64,000 nucleotides of DNA, from the NCBI GenBank assembly GCA_964016885.1, contig OZ024741.1:402752001-402816000 (forward strand). Direction: 5' to 3'. Origin of the DNA: Eledone cirrhosa (lineage: Eukaryota). A model generated the notes under the pieces. The model searched no databases, was not told the origin of the DNA, and saw nothing but the letters and a program-made list of their open reading frames with translations. How positions within the stretch are numbered: the stretch's first letter is position 1; the number at the start of each line of letters is the position of its first letter. The position numbers were made by a program, and so were the translations under genes. Shown here in pieces: positions 47,401 to 62,400 of the stretch.

Positions 47401-50400
47401 TGGGGAGTTAAAAACAATCCCTCTAAAACTGTGGTGTCACATTTAATACAGAGATGTGGGGAGTTAAAAACAATCCCTCTAAAACTGTGGTGTCACATTT
47501 AATACAGAGATGTGGGGAGTTAAAAACAATCCCTCTAAAACTGTGGTGTCACATTTAATACAGAGATGTGGGGAGTTAAAAACAATCCCTCTAAAACTGT
47601 GGTGTCACATTATTTACAGAGATGTGGGGAGTTAAAAACAATCCCTCTAAAACTGTGGTGTCACATTTAATACAGAGATGTGGGGAGTTAAAAACAATCC
47701 CGCTAAAAGTGTGGTGTCACATTTAATACAGAGATGTGGGGAGTTAAAAACAATCCCTCTAAAACTGTGGTGTCACATTTAATACAGAGATGTGGGGAGT
47801 TAAAAACAATCCGTCTAAAACTGTGGTGTCACATTTAATACAGAGATGTGGGGAGTTAAAAACAATCCCTCTAAAACTGTGGTGTCACATTTAATACAGA
47901 GATGTGGGGAGTTAAAAACAATCCCTCTAAAACTATGGTGTCACATTTAATACAGAGATGTGGGGAGTTAAAAACAATCCCTCTAAAACTGTGGTGTCAC
48001 ATTTAATACAGAGATGTGGGGAGTTAAAAACAATCCCTCTAAAACTGTGGTGTCACATTTAATACAGAGATGTGGGGAGTTAAAAACAATCCCTCTAAAA
48101 CTGTGGTGTCACATTTAATACAGAGATGTGGGGAGTTAAAAACAATCCCTCTAAAACTGTGGTGTCACATTATTTACAGAGATGTGGGGAGTTAAAAACA
48201 ATCCCTCTAAAACTGTGGTGTCACATTTAATACAGAGATGTGGGGAGTTAAAAACAATCCCGCTAAAAGTGTGGTGTCACATTTAATACAGAGATGTGGG
48301 GAGTTAAAAACAATCCCTCTAAAACTGTGGTGTCACATTTAATACAGAGATGTGGGGAGTTAAAAACAATCCCTCTAAAACTGTGGTGTCACATTTAATA
48401 CAGAGATGTGGGGAGTTAAAAACAATCCCTCTAAAACTGTGGTGTCACATTTAATACAGAGATGTGGGGAGTTAAAAACAATCCCTCTAAAACTGTGGTG
48501 TCACATTTAATACAGAGATGTGGGGAGTTAAAAACAATCCCTCTAAAACTGTGGTGTCACATTTAATACAGAGATGTGGGGAGTTAAAAACAATCCCTCT
48601 AAAACTGTGGTGTCACATTATTTACAGAGATGTGGGGAGTTAAAAACAATCCCTCTAAAACTGTGGTGTCACATTTAATACAGAGATGTGGGGAGTTAAA
48701 AACAATCCCGCTAAAAGTGTGGTGTCACATTTAATACAGAGATGTGGGGAGTTAAAAACAATCCCTCTAAAACTGTGGTGTCACATTTAATACAGAGATG
48801 TGGGGAGTTAAAAACAATCCGTCTAAAACTGTGGTGTCACATTTAATACAGAGATGTGGGGAGTTAAAAACAATCCCTCTAAAACTGTGGTGTCACATTT
48901 AATACAGAGATGTGGGGAGTTAAAAACAATCCCTCTAAAACTATGGTGTCACATTTAATACAGAGATGTGGGGAGTTAAAAACAATCCCTCTAAAACTGT
49001 GGTGTCACATTTAATACAGAGATGTGGGGAGTTAAAAACAATCCCTCTAAAACTGTGGTGTCACATTTAATACAGAGATGTTGGGAGTTAAAAAGAATCC
49101 CTCTAAAACTGTGGTGTCACATTTAATACAGTGATGTTGGGAGTTAAAAACAATCCCTCCAAAACTGTGGTGTCACATTTAATACAGAGATGTGGGGAGT
49201 TAAAAAACAATCCCTCTAAAACTGTGGTGTCACATTTAATACAGAGATGTGGGGAGTTAAAAACAATCCCTCTAAAACTGTGGTGTCACATTTAATACAG
49301 AGATGTGGGGAGTTAAAAACAATCCCTCTAAAACTGTGGTGTCACATTTAATACAGAGATGTGGGGAGTTAAAAACAATCCCTCTAAAACTGTGGTGTCA
49401 CATTTAATACAGAGATGTGGGGAGTTAAAAACAATCCCTCTAAAACTGTGGTGTCACATTTAATACAGAGATGTTGGGAGTTAAAAACAATCCCTCTAAA
49501 ACTGTGGTGTCACATTTAATACAGAGATGTGGGGAGTTAAAAACAATCCCTCTAAAACTGTGGTGTCACATTTAATACAGAGATGTGGGGAGTTAAAAAC
49601 AATCCGTCTAAAACCTGGGTGTCACATTTAATACAGAGATGCTGGGAGTTAAAAACAATCCCTCTAAAACTGTGGTGTCACATTTAATACAGAGATGTTG
49701 GGAGTTAAAAACAATCCCTCCAAAACTGTGGTGTCACATTTAATACAGAGATGTGGGGAGTTAAAAAACAATCCCTCTAAAACTGTGGTGTCACATTTAA
49801 TACAGAGATGTTGGGAGTTAAAAACAATCCCTCTAAAACTGTGGTGTCACATTTAATACAGAGATGCTGGGAGTTAAAAACAATCCCTCTAAAACTCTGG
49901 TGTCACATTTAATACAGAGATGTTGGAAGTTAAAAACAATCCTTCCAAAACTGTGGTGTCACATTTAATACAGAGATGTGGGGAGTTAAAAAACAATCCC
50001 TCTAAAACTGTGGTGTGACATTTAATACAGAGATGTTGGGAGTTAAAAACAATCCCTCCAAAACTGTGGTGTCACATTTAATACAGAGATGTGGGGAGTT
50101 AAAAAACAATCCCTCTAAAACTGTGGTGTCACATTCAATACAGAGATGCTGGGAGTTAAAAACAATCCGTCTAAAATTGTGGTGTCACATTTAATACAGA
50201 GATACTGGGAGTTAAAAACAATCCCTCTAAAACTGTGGTGTCACATTTAATACAGAGATGTTGGGAGTTAAAAACAATCCCTCTAAAACTGTGGTGTCAC
50301 ATTTAATACAGAGATGTGGGGAGTTAAAATCAATCCCTCTAAAACTGTGGTGTCACATTTAATACAGAGATGTGGGGAGTTAAAAACAATCCCTCTAAAA

Positions 50401-53400
50401 CTGTGGTGTCACATTTAATACAGAGATGTGGGGAGTTAAAAACAATCCCTCTAAAACTGTGGTGTCACATTTAATACAGAGATGTGGGGAGTTAAAAACA
50501 ATCCCTCTAAAACTGTGGTGTCACATTTAATACAGAGATGTGGGGAGTTAAAAACAATCCCTCTAAAACTGTGGTGTCACATTATTTACAGAGATGTGGG
50601 GAGTTAAAAACAATCCCTCTAAAACTGTGGTGTCACATTTAATACAGAGATGTGGGGAGTTAAAAACAATCCCGCTAAAAGTGTGGTGTCACATTTAATA
50701 CAGAGATGTGGGGAGTTAAAAACAATCCCTCTAAAACTGTGGTGTCACATTTAATACAGAGATGTGGGGAGTTAAAAACAATCCGTCTAAAACTGTGGTG
50801 TCACATTTAATACAGAGATGTGGGGAGTTAAAAACAATCCCTCTAAAACTGTGGTGTCACATTTAATACAGAGATGTGGGGAGTTAAAAACAATCCCTCT
50901 AAAACTGTGGTGTCACATTTAATACAGAGATGTGGGGAGTTAAAAACAATCCGTCTAAAACTGTGGTGTCACATTTAATACAGAGATGTGGGGAGTTAAA
51001 AACAATCCCTCTAAAACTGTGGTGTCACATTTAATACAGAGATGTGGGGAGTTAAATACAATCCCTCTAAAACTATGGTGTCACATTTAATACAGAGATG
51101 TGGGGAGTTAAAAACAATCCCTCTAAAACTGTGGTGTCACATTTAATACAGAGATGTGGGGAGTTAAAAACAATCCCTCTAAAACTGTGGTGTCACATTT
51201 AATACAGAGATGTGGGGAGTTAAAAACAATCCCTCTAAAACTGTGGTGTCACATTTAATACAGAGATGTGGGGAGTTAAAAACAATCCCTCTAAAACTGT
51301 GGTGTCACATTATTTACAGAGATGTGGGGAGTTAAAAACAATCCCTCTAAAACTGTGGTGTCACATTTAATACAGAGATGTGGGGAGTTAAAAACAATCC
51401 CGCTAAAAGTGTGGTGTCACATTTAATACAGAGATGTGGGGAGTTAAAAACAATCCCTCTAAAACTGTGGTGTCACATTTAATACAGAGATGTGGGGAGT
51501 TAAAAACAATCCCTCTAAAACTGTGGTGTCACATTTAATACAGAGATGTGGGGAGTTAAAAACAATCCCTCTAAAACTGTGGTGTCACATTTAATACAGA
51601 GATGTGGGGAGTTAAAAACAATCCCTCTAAAACTGTGGTGTCACATTTAATACAGAGATGTGGGGAGTTAAAAACAATCCCTCTAAAACTGTGGTGTCAC
51701 ATTTAATACAGAGATGTGGGGAGTTAAAAACAATCCCTCTAAAACTGTGGTGTCACATTATTTACAGAGATGTGGGGAGTTAAAAACAATCCCTCTAAAA
51801 CTGTGGTGTCACATTTAATACAGAGATGTGGGGAGTTAAAAACAATCCCGCTAAAAGTGTGGTGTCACATTTAATACAGAGATGTGGGGAGTTAAAAACA
51901 ATCCCTCTAAAACTGTGGTGTCACATTTAATACAGAGATGTGGGGAGTTAAAAACAATCCGTCTAAAACTGTGGTGTCACATTTAATACAGAGATGTGGG
52001 GAGTTAAAAACAATCCCTCTAAAACTGTGGTGTCACATTTAATACAGAGATGTGGGGAGTTAAAAACAATCCCTCTAAAACTATGGTGTCACATTTAATA
52101 CAGAGATGTGGGGAGTTAAAAACAATCCCTCTAAAACTGTGGTGTCACATTTAATACAGAGATGTGGGGAGTTAAAAACAATCCCTCTAAAACTGTGGTG
52201 TCACATTTAATACAGAGATGTTGGGAGTTAAAAAGAATCCCTCTAAAACTGTGGTGTCACATTTAATACAGTGATGTTGGGAGTTAAAAACAATCCCTCC
52301 AAAACTGTGGTGTCACATTTAATACAGAGATGTGGGGAGTTAAAAAACAATCCCTCTAAAACTGTGGTGTCACATTTAATACAGAGATGTGGGGAGTTAA
52401 AAACAATCCCTCTAAAACTGTGGTGTCACATTTAATACAGAGATGTGGGGAGTTAAAAACAATCCCTCTAAAACTGTGGTGTCACATTTAATACAGAGAT
52501 GTGGGGAGTTAAAAACAATCCCTCTAAAACTGTGGTGTCACATTTAATACAGAGATGTGGGGAGTTAAAAACAATCCCTCTAAAACTGTGGTGTCACATT
52601 TAATACAGAGATGTTGGGAGTTAAAAACAATCCCTCTAAAACTGTGGTGTCACATTTAATACAGAGATGTGGGGAGTTAAAAACAATCCCTCTAAAACTG
52701 TGGTGTCACATTTAATACAGAGATGTGGGGAGTTAAAAACAATCCGTCTAAAACTGTGGTGTCACATTTAATACAGAGATGCTGGGAGTTAAAAACAATC
52801 CCTCTAAAACTGTGGTGTCACATTTAATACAGAGATGTTGGGAGTTAAAAACAATCCCTCCAAAACTGTGGTGTCACATTTAATACAGAGATGTGGGGAG
52901 TTAAAAAACAATCCCTCTAAAACTGTGGTGTCACATTTAATACAGAGATGTTGGGAGTTAAAAACAATCCCTCTAAAACTGTGGTGTCACATTTAATACA
53001 GAGATGCTGGGAGTTAAAAACAATCCCTCTAAAACTCTGGTGTCACATTTAATACAGAGATGTTGGAAGTTAAAAACAATCCTTCCAAAACTGTGGTGTC
53101 ACATTTAATACAGAGATGTGGGGAGTTAAAAAACAATCCCTCTAAAACTGTGGTGTGACATTTAATACAGAGATGTTGGGAGTTAAAAACAATCCCTCCA
53201 AAACTGTGGTGTCACATTTAATACAGAGATGTGGGGAGTTAAAAAACAATCCCTCTAAAACTGTGGTGTCACATTCAATACAGAGATGCTGGGAGTTAAA
53301 AACAATCCGTCTAAAATTGTGGTGTCACATTTAATACAGAGATACTGGGAGTTAAAAACAATCCCTCTAAAACTGTGGTGTCACATTTAATACAGAGATG

Positions 53401-56400
53401 TTGGGAGTTAAAAACAATCCCTCTAAAACTGTGGTGTCACATTTAATGCAGAGATGTTGGGAGTTAAAAAACAATCACCTCCAAAACTGTGGTGTCACAT
53501 TTAATACAGAGATGTTGGGAGTTAAAAACAATCCCTCTAAAACTGTGGTGTCACATTTAATACAGAGATGTTGGGAGTTAAAAGCAATCCCTCTAAAACT
53601 GTGGTGTCACATTTAATACAGAGATGCTGGGAGTTAAAAACAATCCCTCTAAAACTGTGGTGTCACATTTAATACAGAGATGTTGGAAGTTAAAAACAAT
53701 CCCTCCAAAACTGTGGTGTCACATTTAATACAGAGATGTGGCGAGTTAAAAAACAATCCCTCTAAAACTGTGGTGTCACATTTAATACAGAGATATTGGG
53801 AGTTAAAAACAATCCCTCCAAAACTGTGGTGTCACATTTAATACAGAGATGTGGGGAGTTAAAAAACAATCCCTCTAAAACTGTGGTGTCACATTTAATA
53901 CAGAGATGTGGGGAGTTAAAAAGCAATCCCTCTAAAACTGTGGTGTCACATTTAATACAGAGATGTTGGGAGTTAAAATCAATCCCTCTAAAACTGTGGT
54001 GTCACATTTAATGCAGAGATGTTGGGAGTTAAAAACAATCCCGCTAAAACTGTGGTGTCACATTTAATACAGAGATGTGGGGAGTTAAAAAACAATCCCT
54101 CTAAATCTGTGGTGTCACATTTAATACAGAGATGTTGGGAGTTAAAAACAATCCCTCCAAAACTGTGGTGTCACATTTAATACAGAGATATTGGGAGTTA
54201 AAAACAATCCCTCTAAAACTGTGGTGTCACATTTAATACAGAAATGTGGGGAGTTAAAAACAATCCCTCTAAAACTGTGGTGTCACATTTAGTACAGAGA
54301 TGTGGGGAGTTAAAAACAATCCGTCTAAAACTTTGGTGTCACATTTAATACAGAGATGTGGGGAGTTAAAAACAATCCCTCTAAAACTGTGGTGTCACAT
54401 TTAATACAGAGATGTGGGGAGTTAAAAACAATCCCTCTAAAACTGTGGTGTCACATTATTTACAGAGATGTGGGGAGTTAAAAACAATCCCTCTAAAACT
54501 GTGGTGTCACATTTAATACAGAGATGTGGGGAGTTAAAAACAATCCCGCTAAAACTGTGGTGTCACATTTAATACAGAGATGTGGGGAGTTAAAAACAAT
54601 CCCTCTAAAACTGTGGTGTCACATTTAATACAGAGATGTGGGGAGTTAAAAACAATCCGTCTAAAACTGTGGTGTCACATTTAATACAGATATGTGGGGA
54701 GTTAAAAACAATCCCTCTAAAACTGTGGTGTCACATTTAATACAGAGATGTGGGGAGTTAAAAACAATCCCTCTAAAACTGTGGTGTCACATTTAATACA
54801 GAGTTGTGGGGAGTTAAAAACAATCCCTCTAAAACTGTGGTGTCACATTTAATACAGAGCTGTTGGGAGTTAAAAACAATCCCTCTAAAACTGTGGTGTC
54901 ACATTTAATACAGAGATGCTGGGAGTTAAAAACAATCCCTCTAAAACTGTGGTGTCACATTTAATACAGAGATGTTGGGAGTTAAAAACAATCCCTCTAA
55001 AACTGTGGTGTCACATTTAATACAGAGATGCGGGGAGTTAAAAACAATCCCTCTAAAACTGTGGTGTCACATTCAATACAGAGATGTGGGGAGTTAAAAA
55101 CAATCCCTCTAAAACTGTGGTGTCACATTTAATACAGAGATGTGGGGAGTTAAAAACAATCCCTCTAAAACTGTGGTGTCACATTTAATACAGAGATGTT
55201 GGGAGTTAAAAACAATCCCTCTAAAACTGTGGTGTCACATTTAATACAGAGATGTGGGGAGTTAAAAACAATCCCTCTAAAACTGTGGTGTCACATTTAA
55301 TACAGAGATGTGGGGAGTTAAAAACAATCCCTCTAAAACTGTGGTGTCACATTTAATACAGAGATGCTGGGAGTTAAAAACAATCCCTCTAAAACTGTGG
55401 TGTCACATTTAATACAGAGATGTTGGGAGTTAAAAACAATCCCTCCAAAACTGTGGTGTCACATTTAATACAGAGTTGTGGGGAGTTAAAAACAATCCCT
55501 CCAAAACTGTGGTGTCACATTTAATACAGAGATGTGGGGAGTTAAAAAACAATCCCTCTAAAACTGTGGTGTCACATTTAATACAGAGATGTGGGGAGTT
55601 AAAAACAATCCCTCTAAAACTGTGGTGTCACATTTAATACAGAGATGTGGGGAGTTAAAAACAATCCCTCTAAAACTGTGGTGTCACATTTAATACAGAG
55701 ATGTGGGGAGTTAAAAACAATCCCTCTAAAACTGTGGTGTCACATTTAATACAGAGATGTGGGGAGTTAAAAACAATCCCTCTAAAACTGTGGTGTCACA
55801 TTTAATACAGAGATGTTGGGAGTTAAAAACAATCCCTCTAAAACTGTGGTGTCACATTTAATACAGAGATGTGGGGAGTTAAAAACAATCCCTCTAAAAC
55901 TGTGGTGTCACATTTAATACAGAGATGTGGGGAGTTAAAAACAATCCGTCTAAAACTGTGGTGTCACATTTAATACAGAGATGCTGGGAGTTAAAAACAA
56001 TCCCTCTAAAACTGTGGTGTCACATTTAATACAGAGATGTTGGGAGTTAAAAACAATCCCTCCAAAACTGTGGTGTCACATTTAATACAGAGATGTGGGG
56101 AGTTAAAAAACAATCCCTCTAAAACTGTGGTGTCACATTTAATACAGAGATGTTGGGAGTTAAAAACAATCCCTCTAAAACTGTGGTGTCACATTTAATA
56201 CAGAGATGCTGGGAGTTAAAAACAATCCCTCTAAAACTCTGGTGTCACATTTAATACAGAGATGTTGGAAGTTAAAAACAATCCTTCCAAAACTGTGGTG
56301 TCACATTTAATACAGAGATGTGGGGAGTTAAAAAACAATCCCTCTAAAACTGTGGTGTGACATTTAATACAGAGATGTTGGGAGTTAAAAACAATCCCTC

Positions 56401-59400
56401 CAAAACTGTGGTGTCACATTTAATACAGAGATGTGGGGAGTTAAAAAACAATCCCTCTAAAACTGTGGTGTCACATTCAATACAGAGATGCTGGGAGTTA
56501 AAAACAATCCGTCTAAAATTGTGGTGTCACATTTAATACAGAGATACTGGGAGTTAAAAACAATCCCTCTAAAACTGTGGTGTCACATTTAATACAGAGA
56601 TGTTGGGAGTTAAAAACAATCCCTCTAAAACTGTGGTGTCACATTTAATGCAGAGATGTTGGGAGTTAAAAAACAATCACCTCCAAAACTGTGGTGTCAC
56701 ATTTAATACAGAGATGTTGGGAGTTAAAAACAATCCCTCTAAAACTGTGGTGTCACATTTAATACAGAGATGTTGGGAGTTAAAAGCAATCCCTCTAAAA
56801 CTGTGGTGTCACATTTAATACAGAGATGCTGGGAGTTAAAAACAATCCCTCTAAAACTGTGGTGTCACATTTAATACAGAGATGTTGGGAGTTAAAAACA
56901 ATCCCTCCAAAACTGTGGTGTCACATTTAATACAGAGATGTGGCGAGTTAAAAAACAATCCCTTTAAAACTGTGGTGTCACATTTAATACAGAGATATTG
57001 GGAGTTAAAAACAATCCCTCCAAAACTGTGGTGTCACATTTAATACAGAGATGTGGGGAGTTAAAAAACAATCCCTCTAAAACTGTGGTGTCACATTTAA
57101 TACAGAGATGTGGGGAGTTAAAAAGCAATCCCTCTAAAACTGTGGTGTCACATTTAATACAGAGATGTTGGGAGTTAAAATCAATCCCTCTAAAACTGTG
57201 GTGTCACATTTAATGCAGAGATGTTGGGAGTTAAAAAACAATCCCTCCAAAACTGTGGTGTCACATTTAATACAGAGATGTTGGGAGTTAAAAACAATCC
57301 CTCTAAAACTGTGGTGTCACATTTAATACAGAGATGTGGGGAGTTAAAAACAATCCCGCTAAAACTGTGGTGTCACATTTAATACAGAGATGTGGGGAGT
57401 TAAAAAACAATCCCTCTAAATCTGTGGTGTCACATTTAATACAGAGATGTTGGGAGTTAAAAACAATCCCTCCAAAACTGTGGTGTCACATTTAATACAG
57501 AGATATTGGGAGTTAAAAACAATCCCTCTAAAACTGTGGTGTCACATTTAATACAGAAATGTGGGGAGTTAAAAACAATCCCTCTAAAACTGTGGTGTCA
57601 CATTTAGTACAGAGATGTGGGGAGTTAAAAACAATCCGTCTAAAACTTTGGTGTCACATTTAATACAGAGATGTGGGGAGTTAAAAACAATCCCTCTAAA
57701 ACTGTGGTGTCACATTTAATACAGAGATGTGGGGAGTTAAAAACAATCCCTCTAAAACTGTGGTGTCACATTATTTACAGAGATGTGGGGAGTTAAAAAC
57801 AATCCCTCTAAAACTGTGGTGTCACATTTAATACAGAGATGTGGGGAGTTAAAAACAATCCCGCTAAAACTGTGGTGTCACATTTAATACAGAGATGTGG
57901 GGAGTTAAAAACAATCCCTCTAAAACTGTGGTGTCACATTTAATACAGAGATGTGGGGAGTTAAAAACAATCCGTCTAAAACTGTGGTGTCACATTTAAT
58001 ACAGATATGTGGGGAGTTAAAAACAATCCCTCTAAAACTGTGGTGTCACATTTAATACAGAGATGTGGGGAGTTAAAAACAATCCCTCTAAAACTGTGGT
58101 GTCACATTTAATACAGAGTTGTGGGGAGTTAAAAACAATCCCTCTAAAACTGTGGTGTCACATTTAATACAGAGCTGTTGGGAGTTAAAAACAATCCCTC
58201 TAAAACTGTGGTGTCACATTTAATACAGAGATGCTGGGAGTTAAAAACAATCCCTCTAAAACTGTGGTGTCACATTTAATACAGAGATGTTGGGAGTTAA
58301 AAACAATCCCTCTAAAACTGTGGTGTCACATTTAATACAGAGATGCGGGGAGTTAAAAACAATCCCTCTAAAACTGTGGTGTCACATTCAATACAGAGAT
58401 GTGGGGAGTTAAAAACAATCCCTCTAAAACTGTGGTGTCACATTTAATACAGAGATGTGGGGAGTTAAAAACAATCCCTCTAAAACTGTGGTGTCCCATT
58501 TAATACAGAGATGTTGGGAGTTAAAAACAATCCCTCTAAAACTGTGGTGTCACATTTAATACAGAGATGTGGGGAGTTAAAAACAATCCCTCTAAAACTG
58601 TGGTGTCACATTTAATACAGAGATGTGGGGAGTTAAAAACAATCCCTCTAAAACTGTGGTGTCACATTTAATACAGAGATGCTGGGAGTTAAAAACAATC
58701 CCTCTAAAACTGTGGTGTCACATTTAATACAGAGATGTTGGGAGTTAAAAACAATCCCTCCAAAACTGTGGTGTCACATTTAATACAGAGTTGTGGGGAG
58801 TTAAAAAACAATCCCTCTAAAACTGTGGTGTGACATTTAATACAGAGATGTTGGGAGTTAAAAACAATCCCTCTAAAACTGTGGTGTCACATTTAATACA
58901 GAGATGCTGGGAGTTAAAAACAATCCCTCTAAAACTCTGGTGTCACATTTAATACAGAGATGTTGGGAGTTAAAAACAATCCCTCTAAAACTGTGGTGTC
59001 ACATTTAATACAGAGATGATGGGAGTTAAAAACAATCCCTCTAAAACTGTGGTGTCACATTTAATACAGAGATGTTGGGAGTTAAAAACAATCCCTCCAA
59101 AACTGTGGTGTCACATTTAATACAGAGATGTGGCGAGTTAAAAAACAATCCCTCTAAAACTGTGGTGTCACATTTAATACAGAGATATTGGGAGTTAAAA
59201 ACAATCCCTCCAAAACTGTGGTGTCACATTTAATACAGAGATGTGGGGAGTTAAAAAACAATCCCTCTAAAACTGTGGTGTCACATTTAATACAGAGATG
59301 TGGGGAGTTAAAAACAATCCCTCTAAAACTGTGGTGTCACATTTAATACAGAGATGTGGGGAGTTAAAAAACAATCCCTCTAAAACTGTGGTGTCACATT

Positions 59401-62400
59401 TAATACAGAGATGCTGGGAGTTAAAAACAATCCGTCTAAAATTGTGGTGTCACATTTAATACAGAGATGCTGGGAGTTAAAAACAATCCCTCTAAAACTG
59501 TGGTGTCACATTTAATACAGAGATGTTGGGAGTTAAAAACAATCCCTCTAAAACTGTGGTGTCACATTTAATGCAGAGATGTTGGGAGTTAAAAAACAAT
59601 CCCTCCAAAACTGTGGTGTCACATTTAATACAGAGATGTTGGGAGTTAAAAACAATCCCTCTAAAACTGTGGTGTCCCATTTAATACAGAGATGTGGCGA
59701 GTTAAAAACAATCCCGTTAAAACTGTGGTGTCACATTTAATACAGAGATGTGGGGAGTTAAAAAACAATCCCTCTAAATCTGTGGTGTCACATTTAATAC
59801 AGAGATGTTGGGAGTTAAAAACAATCCCTCCAAAACTGTGGTGTCACATTTAATACAGAGATATTGGGAGTTAAAAACAATCCCTCTAAAACTGTGGTGT
59901 CACATTTAATACAGAGATGTGGGGAGTTAAAAACAATCCCGCTAAAACTGTGGTGTCACATTTAATACAGAGATGTGGGGAGTTAAAAACAATCCCTCTA
60001 AAACTGTGGTGTCACATTTAATACAGAGATGTTGGGAGTGAAAAAACAATCCCTCTAAAACTGTGGTGTCACATTTAATACAGAGATGTTGGGAGTGAAA
60101 AAACAATCCCTCTAAAACTGTGGTGTCACATTTAATACAGAGATGTGGGGAGTTAAAAACAATCCCTCTAAAAGTGTGGTGTCACATTTAATACAGAGAT
60201 GTTGGGAGTTAAAAATACTCCCTCTAAAACTGTGGTGTCACATTTAATACAGAGATGTGGGGAGTTAAAAATACTCCCTCTAAAACTGTGGTGTCACATT
60301 TAATACAGAGATGTGTGGAGTTAAAAACAATCCCTCTAAAACTGTGGTGTCACATTTAATACAGAGATGTGGGGAGTTAAAAACAATCCCGCTAAAACTG
60401 TGGTGTCACAAATAATACAGAGATGTGGGGAGTTAAAAAACAATCCCTCTAAATCAGTGGTGTCACATTTAATACAGAGATGTTGGGAGTTAAAAACAAT
60501 CCCTCCAAAACTGTGGTGTCACATTTAATACAGAGATATTGGGAGTTAAAAACAATCCCTCTAAAACTGTGGTGTCACATTTAATACAGAGATGTGGGGA
60601 GTTAAAAACAATCCCTCTAAAACTGTGGTGTCACATTATTTACAGAGATACTGGGGAGTTAAAATCAATCCCTCGAAAACTGTGGTGTCACATTTAATAC
60701 AGAGATGTGGGGAGTTAAAAACAATCCCGCTAAAACTGTGGTGTCACGTTTAATACAGAGATGTGGGGAGTTAAAAACAATCCCTCTAAAACTGTGGTGT
60801 CACATTTAATACAGAGATGTGGGGAGTTAAAAACAATCCGTCTAAAACTGTGGTGTCACATTTAATACAGAGATGTGGGGAGTTAAAAACAATCCCTCTA
60901 AAACTGTGGTGTCACATTTAATACAGAGATGTGGGGAGTTAAAAACAATCCCTCTAAAACTGTGGTGTCACATTTAATACAGAGATGTGGGGAGTTAAAA
61001 ACAATCCCTCTAAAACTGTGGTGTCACATTATTTACAGAGATACTGGGGAGTTAAAATCAATCCCTCGAAAACTGTGGTGTCACATTTAATACAGAGATG
61101 TGGGGAGTTAAAAACAATCCCTCTAAAACTGTGGTGTCACATTTAATACAGAGATGTGGGGAGTTAAAAACAATCCGTCTAAAACTGTGGTGTCACATTT
61201 AATACAGAGATGTGGGGAGTTAAAAACAATCCCTCTAAAACTGTGGTGTCACATTTAATACAGAGATGTGGGGAGTTAAAAACAATCCCTCTAAAACTGT
61301 GGTGTCACATTTAATACAGAGATGTGGGGAGTTAAAAACAATCCCTCTAAAACTGTGGTGTCACATTTAATACAGAGATGTGGGGAGTTAAAAACAATCC
61401 CTCTAAAACTGTGGTGTCACATTTAATACAGAGATGCTGGGAGTTAAAAACAATCCCTCTAAAACTGTGGTGTCACATTTAATACAGTGATGTTGGGAGT
61501 TAAAAACAATCCCTCCAAAACTGTGGTGTCACATTTAATACAGAGATGTGGGGAGTTAAAAAACAATCCCTCTAAAACTGTGGTGTCACATTTAATACAG
61601 AGCTGTTGGGAGTTAAAAGCAATCCCTCTAAAACTGTGGTGTCACATTTAATACAGAGATGCTGGGAGTTAAAAACAATCCCTCTAAAACTGTGGTGTCA
61701 CATTTAATACAGAGATGTTGGGAGTTAAAAACAATCCCTCTAAAACTGTGGTGTCACATTTAATACAGAGATGTGGGGAGTTAAAAACAATCCCTCTAAA
61801 ACTGTGGTGTCACATTTAATACAGAGATGTGGGGAGTTAAAAACAATCCCTCTAAAACTGTGGTGTCACATTTAATACAGAGATGTGGGGAGTTAAAAAC
61901 AATCCCTCTAAAACTGTGGTGTCACATTTAATACAGAGATGTTGGGAGTTAAAAACAATCCCTCTAAAACTGTGGTGTCACATTTAATACAGAGATGTGG
62001 GGAGTTAAAAACAATCCCTCTAAAACTGTGGTGTCACATTTAATACAGAGATGTGGGGAGTTAAAAACAATCCCTCTAAAACTGTGGTGTCACATTTAAT
62101 ACAGAGATGCTGGGAGTTAAAAACAATCCCTCTAAAACTGTGGTGTCACATTTAATACAGAGATGTTGGGAGTTAAAAACAATCCTTCCAAAACTGTGGT
62201 GTCACATTTAATACAGAGATGTGGGGAGTTAAAAAACAATCCCTCTAAAACTGTGGTGTGACATTTAATACAGAGATGTTGGGAGTTAAAAACAATCCCT
62301 CTAAAACTGTGGTGTCACATTTAATACAGAGATGCTGGGAGTTAAAAACAATCCCTCTAAAACTCTGGTGTCACATTTAATACAGAGATGTTGGGAGTTA